Part shown: positions 1-13,374 of the stretch, in pieces
How positions within the stretch are numbered: the stretch's first letter is position 1
Layout of the letters: the number at the start of each line of letters is the position of its first letter
From: Mobula hypostoma
Taxonomy: Eukaryota
Assembly: GCF_963921235.1 (NCBI RefSeq)
Contig: NC_086108.1
Span: 73,100,001 to 73,164,000, forward strand
Reading direction: 5' to 3'
DNA length: 64,000 nt
Notes under the pieces: generated by a model
Database searches by the model: none
Told to the model about the DNA's origin: nothing
The model's input: only the letters and a program-made list of their open reading frames with translations
Position numbers and translations under genes: made by a program

Positions 1-2775
1 TATGTAATAAAATGAAGGTGATTAGGAAGCTTAAGGCAAAAGAACATTTAGGAGACAGTGATCACAATATGATTGAGTTCAACTTGAAATTTGGTAGGGA
101 GAAAGTAAAGACTGGCATAACAGTATTCAGTGGAGTAAAGGAAATTACAGTGAAATGAGAGAGGAGTTGACCAAAGTAAATTGAAAGGAGATGTTGGTAG
201 GAATGAGAGCAGAACAAGATTCCTGGGATGGCGGGACTTTCATATGAAGAAAGACTGGATGAATTGGGCTTGTACTCGTTGGAATTTAGAAGATTGAGGG
301 GGGATCTGATTGAAACGTATAAGATCCTAAAGGGATTGGACAGGCTAGATGCAGGAAGATTGTTCCCGATGTTGGGGAAGTCCAGAACGAGGGGTCACAG
401 TTTGAGGATAGAGGGGAAGCCTTTTAGGACCGAGATTAGGAAAAACTTCTTCACACAGAGAGTGGTGAATCTGTGGAATTCTCTGCCACAGGAAACTGTT
501 GAGGCCAGTTCATTGGCTATATTTAAGAGGGAGTTAGATATGGCCCTTGTGGCTACGGGGGTCAGGGGGTATGGAGGGAAGGCTGGGGCGGGGTTCTGAG
601 TTGGATGATCAGCCATGATCATAATAAATGGTGGTGTAGGCTCGAAGGGCCGAATGGCCTACTCCTGCACCTATTTTCTATGTTTCTATGTTAAGAATGG
701 CAATGGTTTCTAGGAAAAATAAGGAAGTTACAGAATAGATGTATTCCACAAACAAAGAAATACTTAAACGGCAAAGTAGTACAACTGTGGCTGACGAGGG
801 AAGGCAAAGCTATTGTAAAAGCAAAAGAGAGGGCATACAACAAAGCAAAAACTAGTGGGAGACAGAGTACTGGGAAGCTTTTAAAAACCTACAGAGAACA
901 ACCAAAAGAATCAAAGGGAAAAGATTAAATATGAAAGCAAGCTAGCAAAAAATATCAAAGTGGATAGTAAAAGCTTTTTCAAGTATGTAGAAAATAAAAG
1001 CGAGATGGGAGTGGATATAGGATATAGAAAATGAGGCCAGAGAAATAATAATGGAGGACAAGGTGATGGCAGATGAACTAAATTCGTATTTTGCATCAGC
1101 CTTCACTGTGGAAGGCACTAACAGTGTGCCAGATGTTAAAGGGTGTGAGGGAAGAGAAGTGAGTGCAGTTACTATTACAAGGGAGAAGGTGCTCAAAAAG
1201 CTGAAAGACCTAAGGGTACATAGGTCACCCAGACCAGACAGACTGCACTATAAGGTTCTGAAAAAGGCAGCAGTAGAGATTGTGGAGGCATCAGAAATGA
1301 TCTTTCAAAAATCACTGGACTCTGGCATGGTTCCTGAGGACTGGAAAACTGCAAATGTCACTCCACCCTTTAAGAAAGGAGGAAGGCAGCATAAAGGAAA
1401 TTATAGACCAGTTAGCCTGACCTCAGTGGTTGGGAAGATGTTGAAGTCAATTATTAAGGATGAGGTTAGGGAGTCCTTGGTGACACAGGACGAGATAGGA
1501 CAAAGTCAGCATGGGTTCTTTAAGGGAAAATCAATCTTGCCTGAAATTCTTTGAGGCGATTACACGTAGGATAGATAAAGAGGATGCAGTGGATGTTGTA
1601 CATTTGGACTTTCAGAAGGCCTTTGACAAGGTGCCACACATGAGGCTGTTTACCAACTTAAGAGCCCGTGGGATTACTGGAAGGTTACTGGCATGATTAG
1701 ACTATTGGCTGATTGGTAGGAGGCAGCAAGGGGGAATAGAAGGATCCTTTTCTGGTTGGTTGCCAGAGACTAGTGGTGTTCTGCAGGGGTCGATGTTGGG
1801 ACCGCTTCTTTTTATACCTCATATTAATGATTTGGATGATGGAATATATGTCTTTGTTGCCAAGTTTGCAGATGATACAAAGATTGGGGGAGGGGCAAGT
1901 AGTGTTTAGGAAACATATAGGCTGCAGAAGGACTTAGACAAATTAGGAAAATGGGCAGCAGAGTGGCAAATGAAATATAATGTTGGAAAATGTATGGTCA
2001 TGCACTTTGGTAATAAATGTGCAGACTATTTTCTAAATAGGGAGAAATTTGATATGCAAAGAGTCCTTGTGCAGAAATCCAGAGGCTAACCTTTAGAGTC
2101 AGTGGTGAGGAAGACAAATGCAATGTTAGCATTCATTTCAAGAGGTTGAGAATAAAAGAGCAGGGATATGATTCGATACTGAGGCTTTATAAGCCACTGG
2201 TGAGGCCTCACCTTGAGGATTATGAACAGTTTTGGGCTGCTCATCTAAGAAATGATGTGTTGGCATTGGAGACAGTTCAGAGGAGGTTCACAAGGATGAT
2301 TCCGGGAATGAAAGGGTTATCTTTGAGAAATGTTTGATAGCTCTGGGTCTGTACTTGCTGAAATTTAGATGGATGAGGGTGGTCACATTGAAACCTTTTG
2401 AATGTTGAAAAGTCTAGGCAGAGTAGATGTGGAAAGAATATTTCCCATGATGGGAGAGTCTAGCACAAGGGAGCACAGACTCAGGATGGAAGGGTGTCCA
2501 TTTAAAACAGAGATGTGGAGAAATTTCTTTAGCCAAAGGGTGGTGAATTTGTGGAATGTATTACCACAGGTGGTTGAAGAGGCCAGGTCGTTGGGTGTAT
2601 TTAAGGCAGAGCTTGAAAGGTTCTTGACTGAACATGGCATTAAAGGTTATGGGAAGAAGGCTGGGGAGTGGGGTTGAGGAGGGGGAAGAAGATCAGCCGT
2701 GAGTGAGTGGCAGAGTAGATTCAATGGGCCAAATGGCCTAATTCTGCTCCTATGTCTTATGGTTTTATGGTCTTA
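1..2775 (+). mobile_element. CR1 (HER1-like) LINE, decayed ORF2 (linker + RT + C-terminus) and 3' UTR; interrupted by a nested CR1 at 216-692
   Basis: ORF fragments ELNSYFASAF, PEDWKTANVTPPFKKGG..GNYRPVSLTSVVGK, VHLDFQKAFDKVPH and RNFFSQRVVNLWN; KFADD at ~1861-1875; 3' tail tatgtcttatggttttatggtct; many stops and frameshifts. Confidence 0.93.
216..692 (+). mobile_element. 5'-truncated CR1 3' end nested in an older CR1
   Basis: Open 123-aa C-terminal ORF2 fragment (LSYEERLDELGLYSLEFRRLRGDLIETYKI..NFFTQRVVNLWNSLP), 3' UTR and (TTTCTATG)n tail; host CR1 resumes at ~693. Confidence 0.92.
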
Positions 2776-3273
2776 GGTGATGCCGGAATTGAATTCTGAT
2801 GCCCAGAGCCGTTACGCTACTATGGCAACCAAATGACTAAAGCCCAAAGCCTAAGAAACAGAAAAGCCGTGAGAGCTTGACTGCAAAAGTACGAGAATAG
2901 AAAGAACCTAGCTGTTAACTCAGTACAAGAGGGAGACAATATCTACCTTTTCCCTCATTTACAACCCTTCATATTAACCAAATGCCTTTAATACAAAAAT
3001 ATTGTAGTCTTGGATTTCATTGCACGTGCAAGCAAACACTGAAGAGTTACCATTGGGAAATCTGGTGCCAACTGTTCTTGCTCTTATCTTATATGAGTAC
3101 TCCTGTATCAGGGAGCAACAATCATGACGTTCCATTCATTATAAGCAGGGTTAGTTCAATATTATGCCTGTAGCAATTACAGCAGAGTGGTGTTGGATGA
3201 CAAGGTTTTAAAGGTGAGTCAAGTTGCTGTAAGAGAGGGTGTTATTGCAGTGCCTACAGATCCATCCCACTCT

Positions 3274-3327
3274 CACACACAGACAGAAACAGACAGACAC
3301 ACAGACACACACACACACACACACACA
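3274..3327. repeat. (CA)n/(CAGA)n microsatellite
   Basis: Directly visible. Confidence 0.95.
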
Positions 3328-3589
3328 GCAACACACTTCGCTCTCTCCCAAAGGTGACAGTTGCATATAATGGCTGTCTTCAGAGGCCAAATGGAAAGAC
3401 CTCAGGTTGCCAACAGTTCTTGTTGTTTTGAGGTCAGCGTGCTGCTGGTCTTGACTCATGTAGCCAGTGTCCAATCCTCCCTCATCTTGACTTGTGACTT
3501 ACAGGGGCTGCATCATCAAATATGGAATTAACTCTCTCATTGTACTTTATGACGCTTTCATCTTGCCTCAACAACTGAAGTGATGGTCA

Positions 3590-5580
3590 TAGAGTTATAC
3601 AGCATGGAAACAGGCGTTTAGGCCCAATTTGTCCACGTGGACCATAGCATCTTTCTCGCTAGTGTCAGTTGCCCCAGTCTGGCTCATAATCTTCCAGGAC
3701 CCTTCCCTGTATGTACCTATCCAAATACCTCTTAAATATTGCAATTGTACCTGCCTCAACCACTTCCTGTGGCAATTCAGTCCATGAACTCATTACCTTC
3801 TATTACTTATACCTCTCTTCTTATCTTGTATCTGTGCATCCTAGTTTTGCACTCTCAAATCTTGGGGAAAAGACTATGACCATCTACCTGATTCATACCC
3901 CTCATAATGTTATAAACTATGGTTGGGGTCCCCAACCTTTTTTTGCACCGCTGAACGGCTGACCCGGGGGTGGGGGGGGGGGGTAGGTTACCAACGGACA
4001 AGAGTATCAGTCAAATACGTCGTGTTTACCCCGAGAAAGACTACCATGACCATGAAGCCTTGTGCAGGCACAAGTGCGCATGCGTGTATGTGCCAATTTT
4101 TTTCTACAAATCGTTTTTGGCGATTCTGTTTTGGGGGGGGTGTTAATCATGACCAGAATATTGGTGATAAGAACTATAAGTCACTTATAAGTGGCTAATA
4201 CACTCAATTTTGTTTCTAAAAGGGTTTATCTAACGAATTTAATATTAAACACACAGAGCATATTTTCCTCGCATGAATAAGTCAATTATAGATCACTTAT
4301 AAGTCAATAGCATCATAACATTTTAAGTAATGTTTGGATACCAAACACACAGAACATATTTTCCTCGTATGAACATATAAAATCATTGCAACACACCAAT
4401 ATCGCTGAATCAATGGGAGCCCTGGGCTTGTTTCCCTGCAACAAGACGGTGCCATCGAGGGCTGATGGGAGACAGCGATACTCGAACGGGGTTCCTTATG
4501 TCCAGTCTGTTACGCAATTTAGTTTTCGTTGCATTCATTGCAGAGATATGTTAGAAATGGAAGCAACGTTTTGTGCTTTCGTGACTATATCAGGATATTC
4601 AGCCTTGACTTTGATCCAGAATACCAGCAGAGATGTTATGTCAAACATACTTTTCAGCCCGCCACCATTTGCAAGCTTGAGGAGTTGATCTCCTTCCCAT
4701 GCTGAAATGGATGACACGTGGGTAATGACCTCACGTGCGTAATGACCTCGCGTGCATTCAAGTTCAACAGTGGGCGCGACAGGGAATGAGGAAAAGTGCA
4801 GCCGTCTCATATCGCCAAATCATATCGTTTCCTCGCAGCCCAGTAGCACATGCTTTGCGGCCTGGTGGTTGGGGACCGCTCCTGTATACAATACCACAAG
4901 TGAGGTCTCACCAACAACTTATATAATTAAAACATAATATCCTTAGTCCTAAACTCAATGCCTTGACTGATGAATGTCAACATACTAAATGCTTTTTTCA
5001 CCACCAAGTCCACTTCTGTGGCCACTTTCAGAAAACTGGCACACTTGCACTTGTTCCACAACAGTCATCAAAGCTCTGCTGATCACTATATAGTTCCTAC
5101 TCTGATCTGAATGTCAAAATGCATCACTTCACACTTATGTCAATTGAAATCCGTTTGCTATACTTCAGCCCATCTCTCTAACTGATTAAGATACCTTCGC
5201 AATTCATCGCAACTTGCTTCACTATCCACAAGACACCTTTAATTCAGTATCATTCAGCAGACTTGTTAACCATGCATTGTATATTCACATCCATGTCACT
5301 TAACATAAATAATGAATAAACAGAAATCCCAACACTGACCCCTGGGGCACCCCACTAGTTACAGGCCTCCAGTCAAAGAGTCTACCTTGAGCCAACTCTG
5401 AATCTACCTCGTTAGCTCCCCCTGAATCCCATACAACGTAACCTTCCAGATCAGCCTGCCAGGTAGCACCTTATCAAAGACCTTACTAAAATCCATGCAC
5501 ACAATGTCCACTGCTATACACTCTTCTACCCCCTTAGTTAGTTCTTTAAAAATCTTCGAAAAATGGTTTGTCAGACATGA
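3590..5580 (-). mobile_element. Old CR1 fragment (RT to 3' end), split by a hAT insertion
   Basis: Minus-strand ORF remnant VDIVCMDFSKVFDKVLPGRL..YGIQGEL at 5404-5560; CR1-like 3' end near 3590. Confidence 0.8.
3923..4881 (-). mobile_element. Non-autonomous hAT (Charlie/Buster-like) DNA transposon carrying a transposase C-terminal remnant (~4410-4710)
   Basis: Terminal inverted repeats (t)ggggtccccaacc / ggttggggaccgct. Minus-strand peptides EGDQLLKLANGGGLKSMFDITSLLVFWIKVKAEYPDIVTKA and TKTKLRNRLDI..VSLSPISPRWHRLVAGKQAQGSH* resemble the hAT dimerisation domain. Internal direct repeats at 4247-4277/4343-4373 and a 17-bp tandem at 4722-4755. Confidence 0.9.
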
Positions 5581-6639
5581 CCCCCCAACACCCAACAGGA
5601 ATTTTGTTGTATTTCTGGTCAATGATGATCTCCTGGATGTTGTTATTGGGAAAATGTATGGTGATAATGCCACTGAATGTTGAGAAACAATGGTAAGACT
5701 ACACTTGATGCAGCTGATTATTATCAGGTATAAATGGAGCACCATTCAAATTGACTAATTATCATTGCCAGTCCAAACGGCAGCGTCCATGTTGTAGTCA
5801 GGCAGATCCAAAATAAGGTGTATGTCATACATCAACTACCAAACCATGAGCTTAGCTCAGGGAAACATCAGCAGAGTGGTCCAGACAAGATGACAGCTTT
5901 AATGCAATGAATAAACTGTTTCTCAGTGAGCTAGAGAAAGTTCCATTGTTTCATGAGGTAGGCATTCTTGTCCAAGGAATACCTTCTCCAAGATTACTCT
6001 GAAAAGTAACCTTTCCTATGCGTCCTCATGGCCATTTGCAAGGCCTGAGACACCAAATAATTCAATGAATAAATAGATATCTTTCAGCTCAGAGTTCAAT
6101 GAAATATCAATCAGGACTTCCAGGAAGACCCTGCAGGTACAGCCCAAGGTCAAGTTCATTGGCATTGTCATGTGCATACATACCCAGGTATAAAAAATCA
6201 TGAAAACTGGATTTAGAGTATATGACAAAGATGATGAACATAAATTACATAATCATAAGTAACGTCATATTATGCCATTCTACTTAACTCCCTGACAATC
6301 ATTAGATTCATCTTTAACAGGAAAGTTGCAGGGCTCCTGGCATTGAAACCCTACTGCCTGTTTAGCCCACAATGAAAATTAAGTAGATAGAATAAATTTC
6401 ACAGGAGAGGCATGAACTGGTATCACCACCGCATTCTCTCAATGGCTTATTTGTGCATGTTATGTGCTTGGTATTTTTTCAAAGTCACATGATGCTTCAT
6501 GTGTGCACCATGAAATCCTGACTGCATCTAGTGATTGAAATAATATTACAATTGAAATATGATATTATTTCAATCATAATGACTAAAAATACATACTTAT
6601 TTCAATTGACTTTCTTGGCCAGTGGAACTAAAGCAAAGT

Positions 6640-7460
6640 AATCTCTTCTCTCAATGGGTACTAAATCTCTGAATTTCCCTGCCCAGAAGATGGGGCATTC
6701 TAGATCATTACATATACTTAAAGTGGAAATAGATAAATGTTTGAAAGACTAAGAATATGAGGTTTGTGGGGAACTGGTGAAGAAGAGGAGTTGAGGCCAG
6801 TACACATTGGTCATTATCACATTGAACTGCAGAACAGGCTTAAAGGTTTGAGTCATCTCCTCTTGCTCCTATTTTCTTGTGTTTTTAATTAGCAGGCGTA
6901 AATAAATATCTGACAGGCTAGAAGGATGCAGATAAAAGTGCAACACAGTAACCTGATCCAGGTTTCATTTCTATAAATGATTCAGACAGAGGCACAGTTG
7001 ATACTGAAGTTTGCTGATTATATTAAATTAATGTGCATAGCAACAGTGAGTAAGAATGCAAAAACTTTGGGAAGGAACACAGATTAGCTGTGTGGGCAGA
7101 TAGTAAACTGCTCAATACTGTGAAATGTAAAGTAGTATATTTTTGGATAAAGAAACTGCTAACTGAAAAAAAATCCTAAAGGCAGTTTCTTAATAGCCGA
7201 GGGAAATAAACCTCAAGATGGGGTGATAGACAAGCCTCTGAAGCTATGAATGTAGGTAGAAAAATTATAAAAAGATAGGAGAATTTCAGTGCAAGGGGAA
7301 AGAGGTGATGCTGAATCTTGTGCAAGATATTAATTAGGAATATTGTGCAATACCCCGGTGCCCTTTTAGGGAAAGGTAATAAGATTATTTAGTAAGTTTG
7401 GTAAAGATGCATGGAATTTCACCTGAATGAAAGGTTATGGATATCAAAAAGGATTCGAGG
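6640..7460 (+). mobile_element. Heavily decayed CR1 fragments
   Basis: CR1-like 3' UTR ending ttgctcctattttcttgtg (~6885) and RT C-terminal-like sequence at ~7060-7440. Confidence 0.55.
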
Positions 7461-9582
7461 AGATAATGCCTCCTCCCCAATCACACCCCACAGCCCTCAG
7501 CCAAACATTAAGCAGATTAAGCTATAAATCTAATAGAAGCTTTCCAAGTAGTAATGAGTGAATGAATAATCAAAGATTATTTCCACTGATTGATAAGTGT
7601 GACATAAAATAACAAGAAATTAGATGACATTTTATAAATCCCTAACTCTGGAAATTATTGACACTGGGAGCATTTTATTTTAAAGAAGTGTTATCAAGAC
7701 CAAACTTCAAGCCTCCATTGAAGGAAATCAAGAGCTGACTAACGTATGGATTTCCACACACCAAAATGAAATTTTGAAAATTGGCACAATTTCACCTGTA
7801 GCTTCCAGTAATCATGGACAAGAGTTTCATAACACACGTTAAATGCTGATTGAAAACAAAAGGAACATTTGAAAAGCAACTGGAAAAGAAAAATATAAAA
7901 TGTTGTAAGAAAAGAGGAACAGATTTATAGTTCGTAGCCAGAGTACATATATAATAGACTAAATTATGATTCTACAATATAATGCTAAAATCTCTAAACT
8001 CCCTATAAACCAATAGGGGTTGCATCTATATAATGTACGTTTTAAATGAGTGAACCATGAAATATTTATCTATTGTAACCAGTGTCAGCATAAAGTATGA
8101 CCAAATTAGGATTGTCCTGAGCAAATCTTCATTAAGAACATTACATACAAAATTAGTTTTGGCTGAACAGTTTGGGTTAATGTTTTTGAAGTTAAAGCAT
8201 TACTTTGAGATCATGAAAGGCACTGAATGAATATGAATTTCTTTTCTGAAAAAGAAAATTGAAAGGAGTAAAGTTTGAGGAGGGTACACTCCCTTTGGTG
8301 TGAAATCAATGCCAAAATTCCTTTTCAGAAGTTGTATTACATTGGCTGGTACTAATCGATTAAGGGTGAAACTTCACTATGTTTATCAAGGCTCAGCACC
8401 ACTTTGCTCAAAATAAAATGTGCATAATTTAGTCAAGAACAAAAGCTGCCTTCATTTTAAAAGCTGCTCAAATAAAACGGAAAAAAAATTACGCATGGCG
8501 TAAGTAAGCTTTCTTTGATTCTGCCCAAATATTGGTTTCTTTTAGCTTCCTCACTTTCATTCCTAGCCATACATGGTACACAGTCATTTTTATGCAGCTA
8601 CATTTTGTTTTTTCAGATGCAAGTGGTTTATTATTACCATAGCACCGAGTTGGCAGGCACTCAAGAAAAACCCCTGATAAATATCCTTGCAATGCAGGAT
8701 CACATCAGCAAAAGGTCTGAAAATACCTGTATTATTATTTTGGAGAATTTGAAACATCTGCATATACAAGTGTAGTACCATTTATTGGCACTGAACCTTC
8801 TGATTCCTCAGCCCACTTCCCTTCCCAAGAAGTAAAAACACTGTGTAAAACTTAATGGAAATAAATTCTTATTTTATTAAGTGATTGGCTTCCCTGTGGG
8901 TCTGACTAGAGCTATGATGGGAGGCTGAATTGTGGTCTGTGATATTTTGTTTAAACGAGCACAAGGTGCCATTATTGCAGTTTATGATGGGTCATAATTT
9001 GCTGTAGGAGTGACCTAATAGCATCTGCCTCTAGTTAGACTTCCTCTTAGATGTCAAGCTATTAAATTTTCCTTGCATGTCAAGATGCTGGGAGTGAAGG
9101 CTTAAGTCTATCACGGTGAAGAAAACAGGCCAGTTAGTTCCAGAGAGAGCAATTCTTCTTATCCAATCAGCCTAAAAGATAATAAAGTTTACAACACAAG
9201 GTCCTCAAGTTGGAACAGGTGAGCCCCAGCTTTGCATGCCCAAACAAACAAAACAGGTTTCATCTGGCAACCTGCCTCCATGTAGAAGGGGAAATTGCTG
9301 AGGGGGAAGGGAAGCAGGCGGTAGAAGCAGTTGAGGGCAGTGATGGATGTGATGATTATCGGGGTGAGGGTTGTCAGGGAAAAGGATTGCTGGCATGAAT
9401 GGGAGATTTGGGAAGTTATCTGAGAATGAGATGAGGATGTAAAATTGCACTGGGCTGGAGAGTGAATACTGGTGCCAAAGAAATGACCAGAGAGCCAGGG
9501 CAGAAATTTAGTCCTGGGGAGATGATGACTATAGCATTGCAGAGTAAATGGACAGGCAGAAAGAGTCTTCTGCCAAACAGTC

Positions 9583-9693
9583 TCCCAAAACGCCGACTGT
9601 ACTCCTTCCCATAGATGCTGCCTGGCCTAACGAGTTCCTCCAGCATTTGGTGTGCATTGCTTGGATTTCCAGCATCTGCAGATATTCTCTTGT
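9583..9693 (+). mobile_element. Truncated copy of the hammerhead-bearing short repeat
   Basis: aaaacgccgactgtactccttcccatagatgctgcctggcct..ccagcatctgcaga aligns with the copies at 18513-18650 and 61595-61695. Confidence 0.85.
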
Positions 9694-11404
9694 TGGGGAC
9701 AGAAAGAGGATTCAGATAGAAGTCTAGGAGTGCTAAAAAGGATAGTGGCAGAGAGGTGTGCAAATGCAAACTGATTACAAGGAGTTGTGGTAGGAAATCA
9801 CAGTGGATGTTCATAATAAAGAATATGGGGGAAATGATGAAAATATGGGGAAAATTTAAAATACCACGATTGTTGTTTTGGTGTAAATGGGTGGTTAATA
9901 GTCTTGATGAGCTGAATGGCTTATTTCCATGTTTTGTGGCTCCATAATTTTAAGAGTGATACATCGCTACGGTCTTTGCTCCCTGATATCAGCTTAAGGT
10001 AGGGCAGAGCCAGCCTTTAATCATTCAGTTAACAACTTCTCAAAATTTGACATCTGCCTTTTTGTCAGTCATGTATGAACAGTAAATTGTCATGCAAATG
10101 ACATCAATACTGCGGTGTGAGATGCCAAATGACATCATTGTACAAACATGGCACTCACCATGGGAATACATGAACAAAGGAGTTGATTGTATTTATTGAT
10201 CAGGTTTCAGATAAAACTCTATTATATAGTACATAATACGTTAGACTCCACAATAGAATTTCTAGGTCAGTGAATTCAATGTCAAATCAGGTACTGAAAG
10301 GAGACAGTAGGATTCAGTTATGAGAGACAAAAAAAAGTCCAGTAAAGAAAGGTTAAGTTAAAATTTTAATATTATCTTTCTTTTTAAAGATGTGACAATT
10401 ACAACTTGATATAAAAAAATCTCATTTGTAATCACATACTAATAGTGCCAGAAACAGCAATTGATAGTATTTCAACATGTTTCTAAAAGCTTACTTTAAC
10501 TGTAATTATGAAAACAAATTCCTGGAAAGGAGCATTGTCCACATCCTTTGTGCCAATACGGCAGCTTCACTCCTTCAGCACATTGTAATGACAACAGAAG
10601 ACAATAAGGTACAATTTGCTCAGAGCTAATGGGGGTGTGGCACAACTCTGCGAGATTTAAGTTACTTCAACATTTGTGCTTCAACAATCACAGTGCCACA
10701 TTAAGCTTGTCATCATTTTGATGGGAAAATCTGAAGCAATAATCTTAGAAGTATAATAGGTCATTCTGTTTATCTCCATGGTTACAGCATTATTTATGGC
10801 TGTCCACTCATGTTATGCAGGAGCCACGGTCAGGCAGATGACTAACAATTTGGAATGTACAAGGACTTTCGAAAGGACTTAAACTGGAGAGCATTCTTGG
10901 AGATTTGGAAAACATTAAATGTAATAAGATAAATTAAGCTTTAAATTGTGGTCACAGGAGAAGGAAATATAGGTGAAAGATCAGCTCAGGACTAAGATGA
11001 AAAAAATATTTTTATCTAATGAGCATATGAACAAGTCTTCAGTTACTCTGAACAGGTAACACTGATAGGAAGAAAGCCCCCACCCCAACACTTACATTCA
11101 GTGGTTTCTGCATTTACAATCTCCTAAACCTTGCACACTGTAAGCCTATGGTTCCCTGTAGATGAATGTAAGTTGACCCATTATCTGTTGGGAACATTGA
11201 CCTTAATAATTTAGGCAGGCTTACATTAAGGTGTCATCAGCTGGAAGGGCAATGTGCTTCAAATGCCCTTAACTGCTGCTGAATTGCTTTAGAACAATTT
11301 CCACTTTCTATGCCAAGAATAGAAAAAAATGTCAGTTTGGTTATGGCAAATCTTCAGATAAATGGGGATTAAGATTATCACAGAAGGTGTTGCAACTTGA
11401 TAAG

Positions 11405-12635
11405 CATGCACATCTGATGGCAGAGAGAAAGAAACTGTTCCTGAAACATTAGGTGTGTGTCTTCAGGTTCCTGTATCTCCTCCTTGATGGTAGCAATGAG
11501 AAGAGGGCATGTCCTGGATGATGGATGCCAACTTGTTGAGGCAGCACCTTTGGAAGGTGACCTCCATGCTTGGGAGGCTAGTGGTCATGATGGAGGTGGA
11601 AGAGTTTACAACTTTCTGCAACTTTTCTGATTCTGTGCGGTGGCCCCTCCACAGCAAATGCAACAAGTTAATAATGTTCTCCATGGTACATCTGTAGAAA
11701 TTTTTGAGTGTTTTTAGTGACATAATAATTCTCCTCAAACTCCTAATGAAATGTAACTGCTGCCATGCCTTCTTTGTAGCTGCCTCACTATGTTGGGCCC
11801 AGTATAGATCCTCAGAGATGTTGTCACCCAGGAACTGTTCACTTTTTCCACTTCTGATCCCTCAATAAGGACTGTTACGTGTTCCCTCGATGTCTTCTTC
11901 CTGAAGTCCACAATCACTTCCTTGGTCTTACTGACGTTGAGTACAAAGTTGTTGCTGTGACACCACTCAACCAGTATGACCAGCCTCTCAAAGCACTTTA
12001 TCACAGTAGATGTGAGTGCCACTGGGCGATAGTCATTGAAGCAACTTACCCTGCTCTTCCTGGGCACTGGTATGATTGATGCCCTTTTAAAGCAGGTGGG
12101 GACCTCCAACTGCAGCAGTGAGAGATTGAAGATGTCCTTGAACACTTCTGCCAATTGGTTGGCACAGGTTTTCAGAGGCCTGAGTCCTTATGAGGGCACA
12201 CTCTCTTGAAAAATGTCTGATGTTAGCCTCCAGCACAGAGCTCTCAGAGTCACCAGATGCTATCGTGATTCACGTGGGTGTCGTTTTATTCTCCCTTTCA
12301 AAGTGTGCTTAAAAGGCATTGAGCTCATCTGAGAGTGAAGCATCACTGCCAGTAATGATGTTAGGTTTTGCTTTGTAGGAAGCAATGGCCCGCAAACCCT
12401 GCTGGAGCTGGCATGCATCTGATTCTGTCTCGAACCTTAACCAGAATTATTTTTTTCACCCTTAAAATAGACCTGTAGATCATACATGGACCTCTTGTAC
12501 AGCTCTGGATCACCAGATTTGAATACTGCTGATCTAGCCCTCAGCAGACTACAAGTCTCCTGGTTCATCCATGGTTTCATTTGGGTATGTCCAGTGTGTG
12601 TTCGAAGGCACTCATCCACACAGGACTTGATAAAG
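11405..12635 (-). mobile_element. Rex1/Babar-type LINE, decayed and internally deleted
   Basis: Peptides [47 protein letters not shown] joined directly to [19 protein letters not shown] (RT core missing); KPWMNQE linker; TLKNFYRCTME C-terminus. Confidence 0.88.
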
Positions 12636-13068
12636 TTCAATGGTTCATTGTAACATCAGAGAATGTGTATATAAATATAAATATATATATACACACACAC
12701 ATTCTTGCTCTTCACAGACAACCATGAAGCAGAAGAAAACCCCCAAAGATTGAGTGACAGAAAAACGTAAGAACCCCAAAGTCCTCACCCCTTCCCATGC
12801 ACAAATAGGAGCAAAGTACGAACCACCCCCTCATCCTCCCCCCACTTGTTCCAGGAAGAAGCACCAGTGCCTACCATTCATCAAGCGATAGCAAAGCCCC
12901 CAAAGAGCCCATGATCTGCAGTCCCCTCTCTCACTAACAAGGGACAGAGGAGTGTCACCTTTCCCATAGCAAAAGGGAAACCAACAGATTGCTGTTTCAA
13001 TGTTACAATCTAAAGTGACACTTATTTGAGCTCACCTGACTCTTCAATCAGCAGACTTTCCTCCCACC

Positions 13069-13070
<2 letters not shown>

Positions 13071-13107
<37 letters not shown>

Positions 13108-13143
13108 CAGAGAGAGAGAGAGACACAGAGACACAGAGACAGA

Positions 13144-13181
<38 letters not shown>

Positions 13182-13198
13182 CACAGAGAGAGAGAGAC

Positions 13199-13229
<31 letters not shown>

Positions 13230-13326
13230 CAGAGAGACAGAGAGAGAGAGAGAGACAGAGAGAGAGCGAGAGACAGAGAGAGAGAGAGAGAGAGAGGGAG
13301 AGACAGAGAGACAGAGAGACAGAGAG

Positions 13327-13360
<34 letters not shown>
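13071..13360. repeat. ~290-bp (AG)n/(AGAC)n compound microsatellite
   Basis: Directly visible; explains the spurious ER-rich and LS-rich ORFs. Confidence 0.98.
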
Positions 13361-13363
<3 letters not shown>

Positions 13364-13374
13364 ACCAGAGTGCA

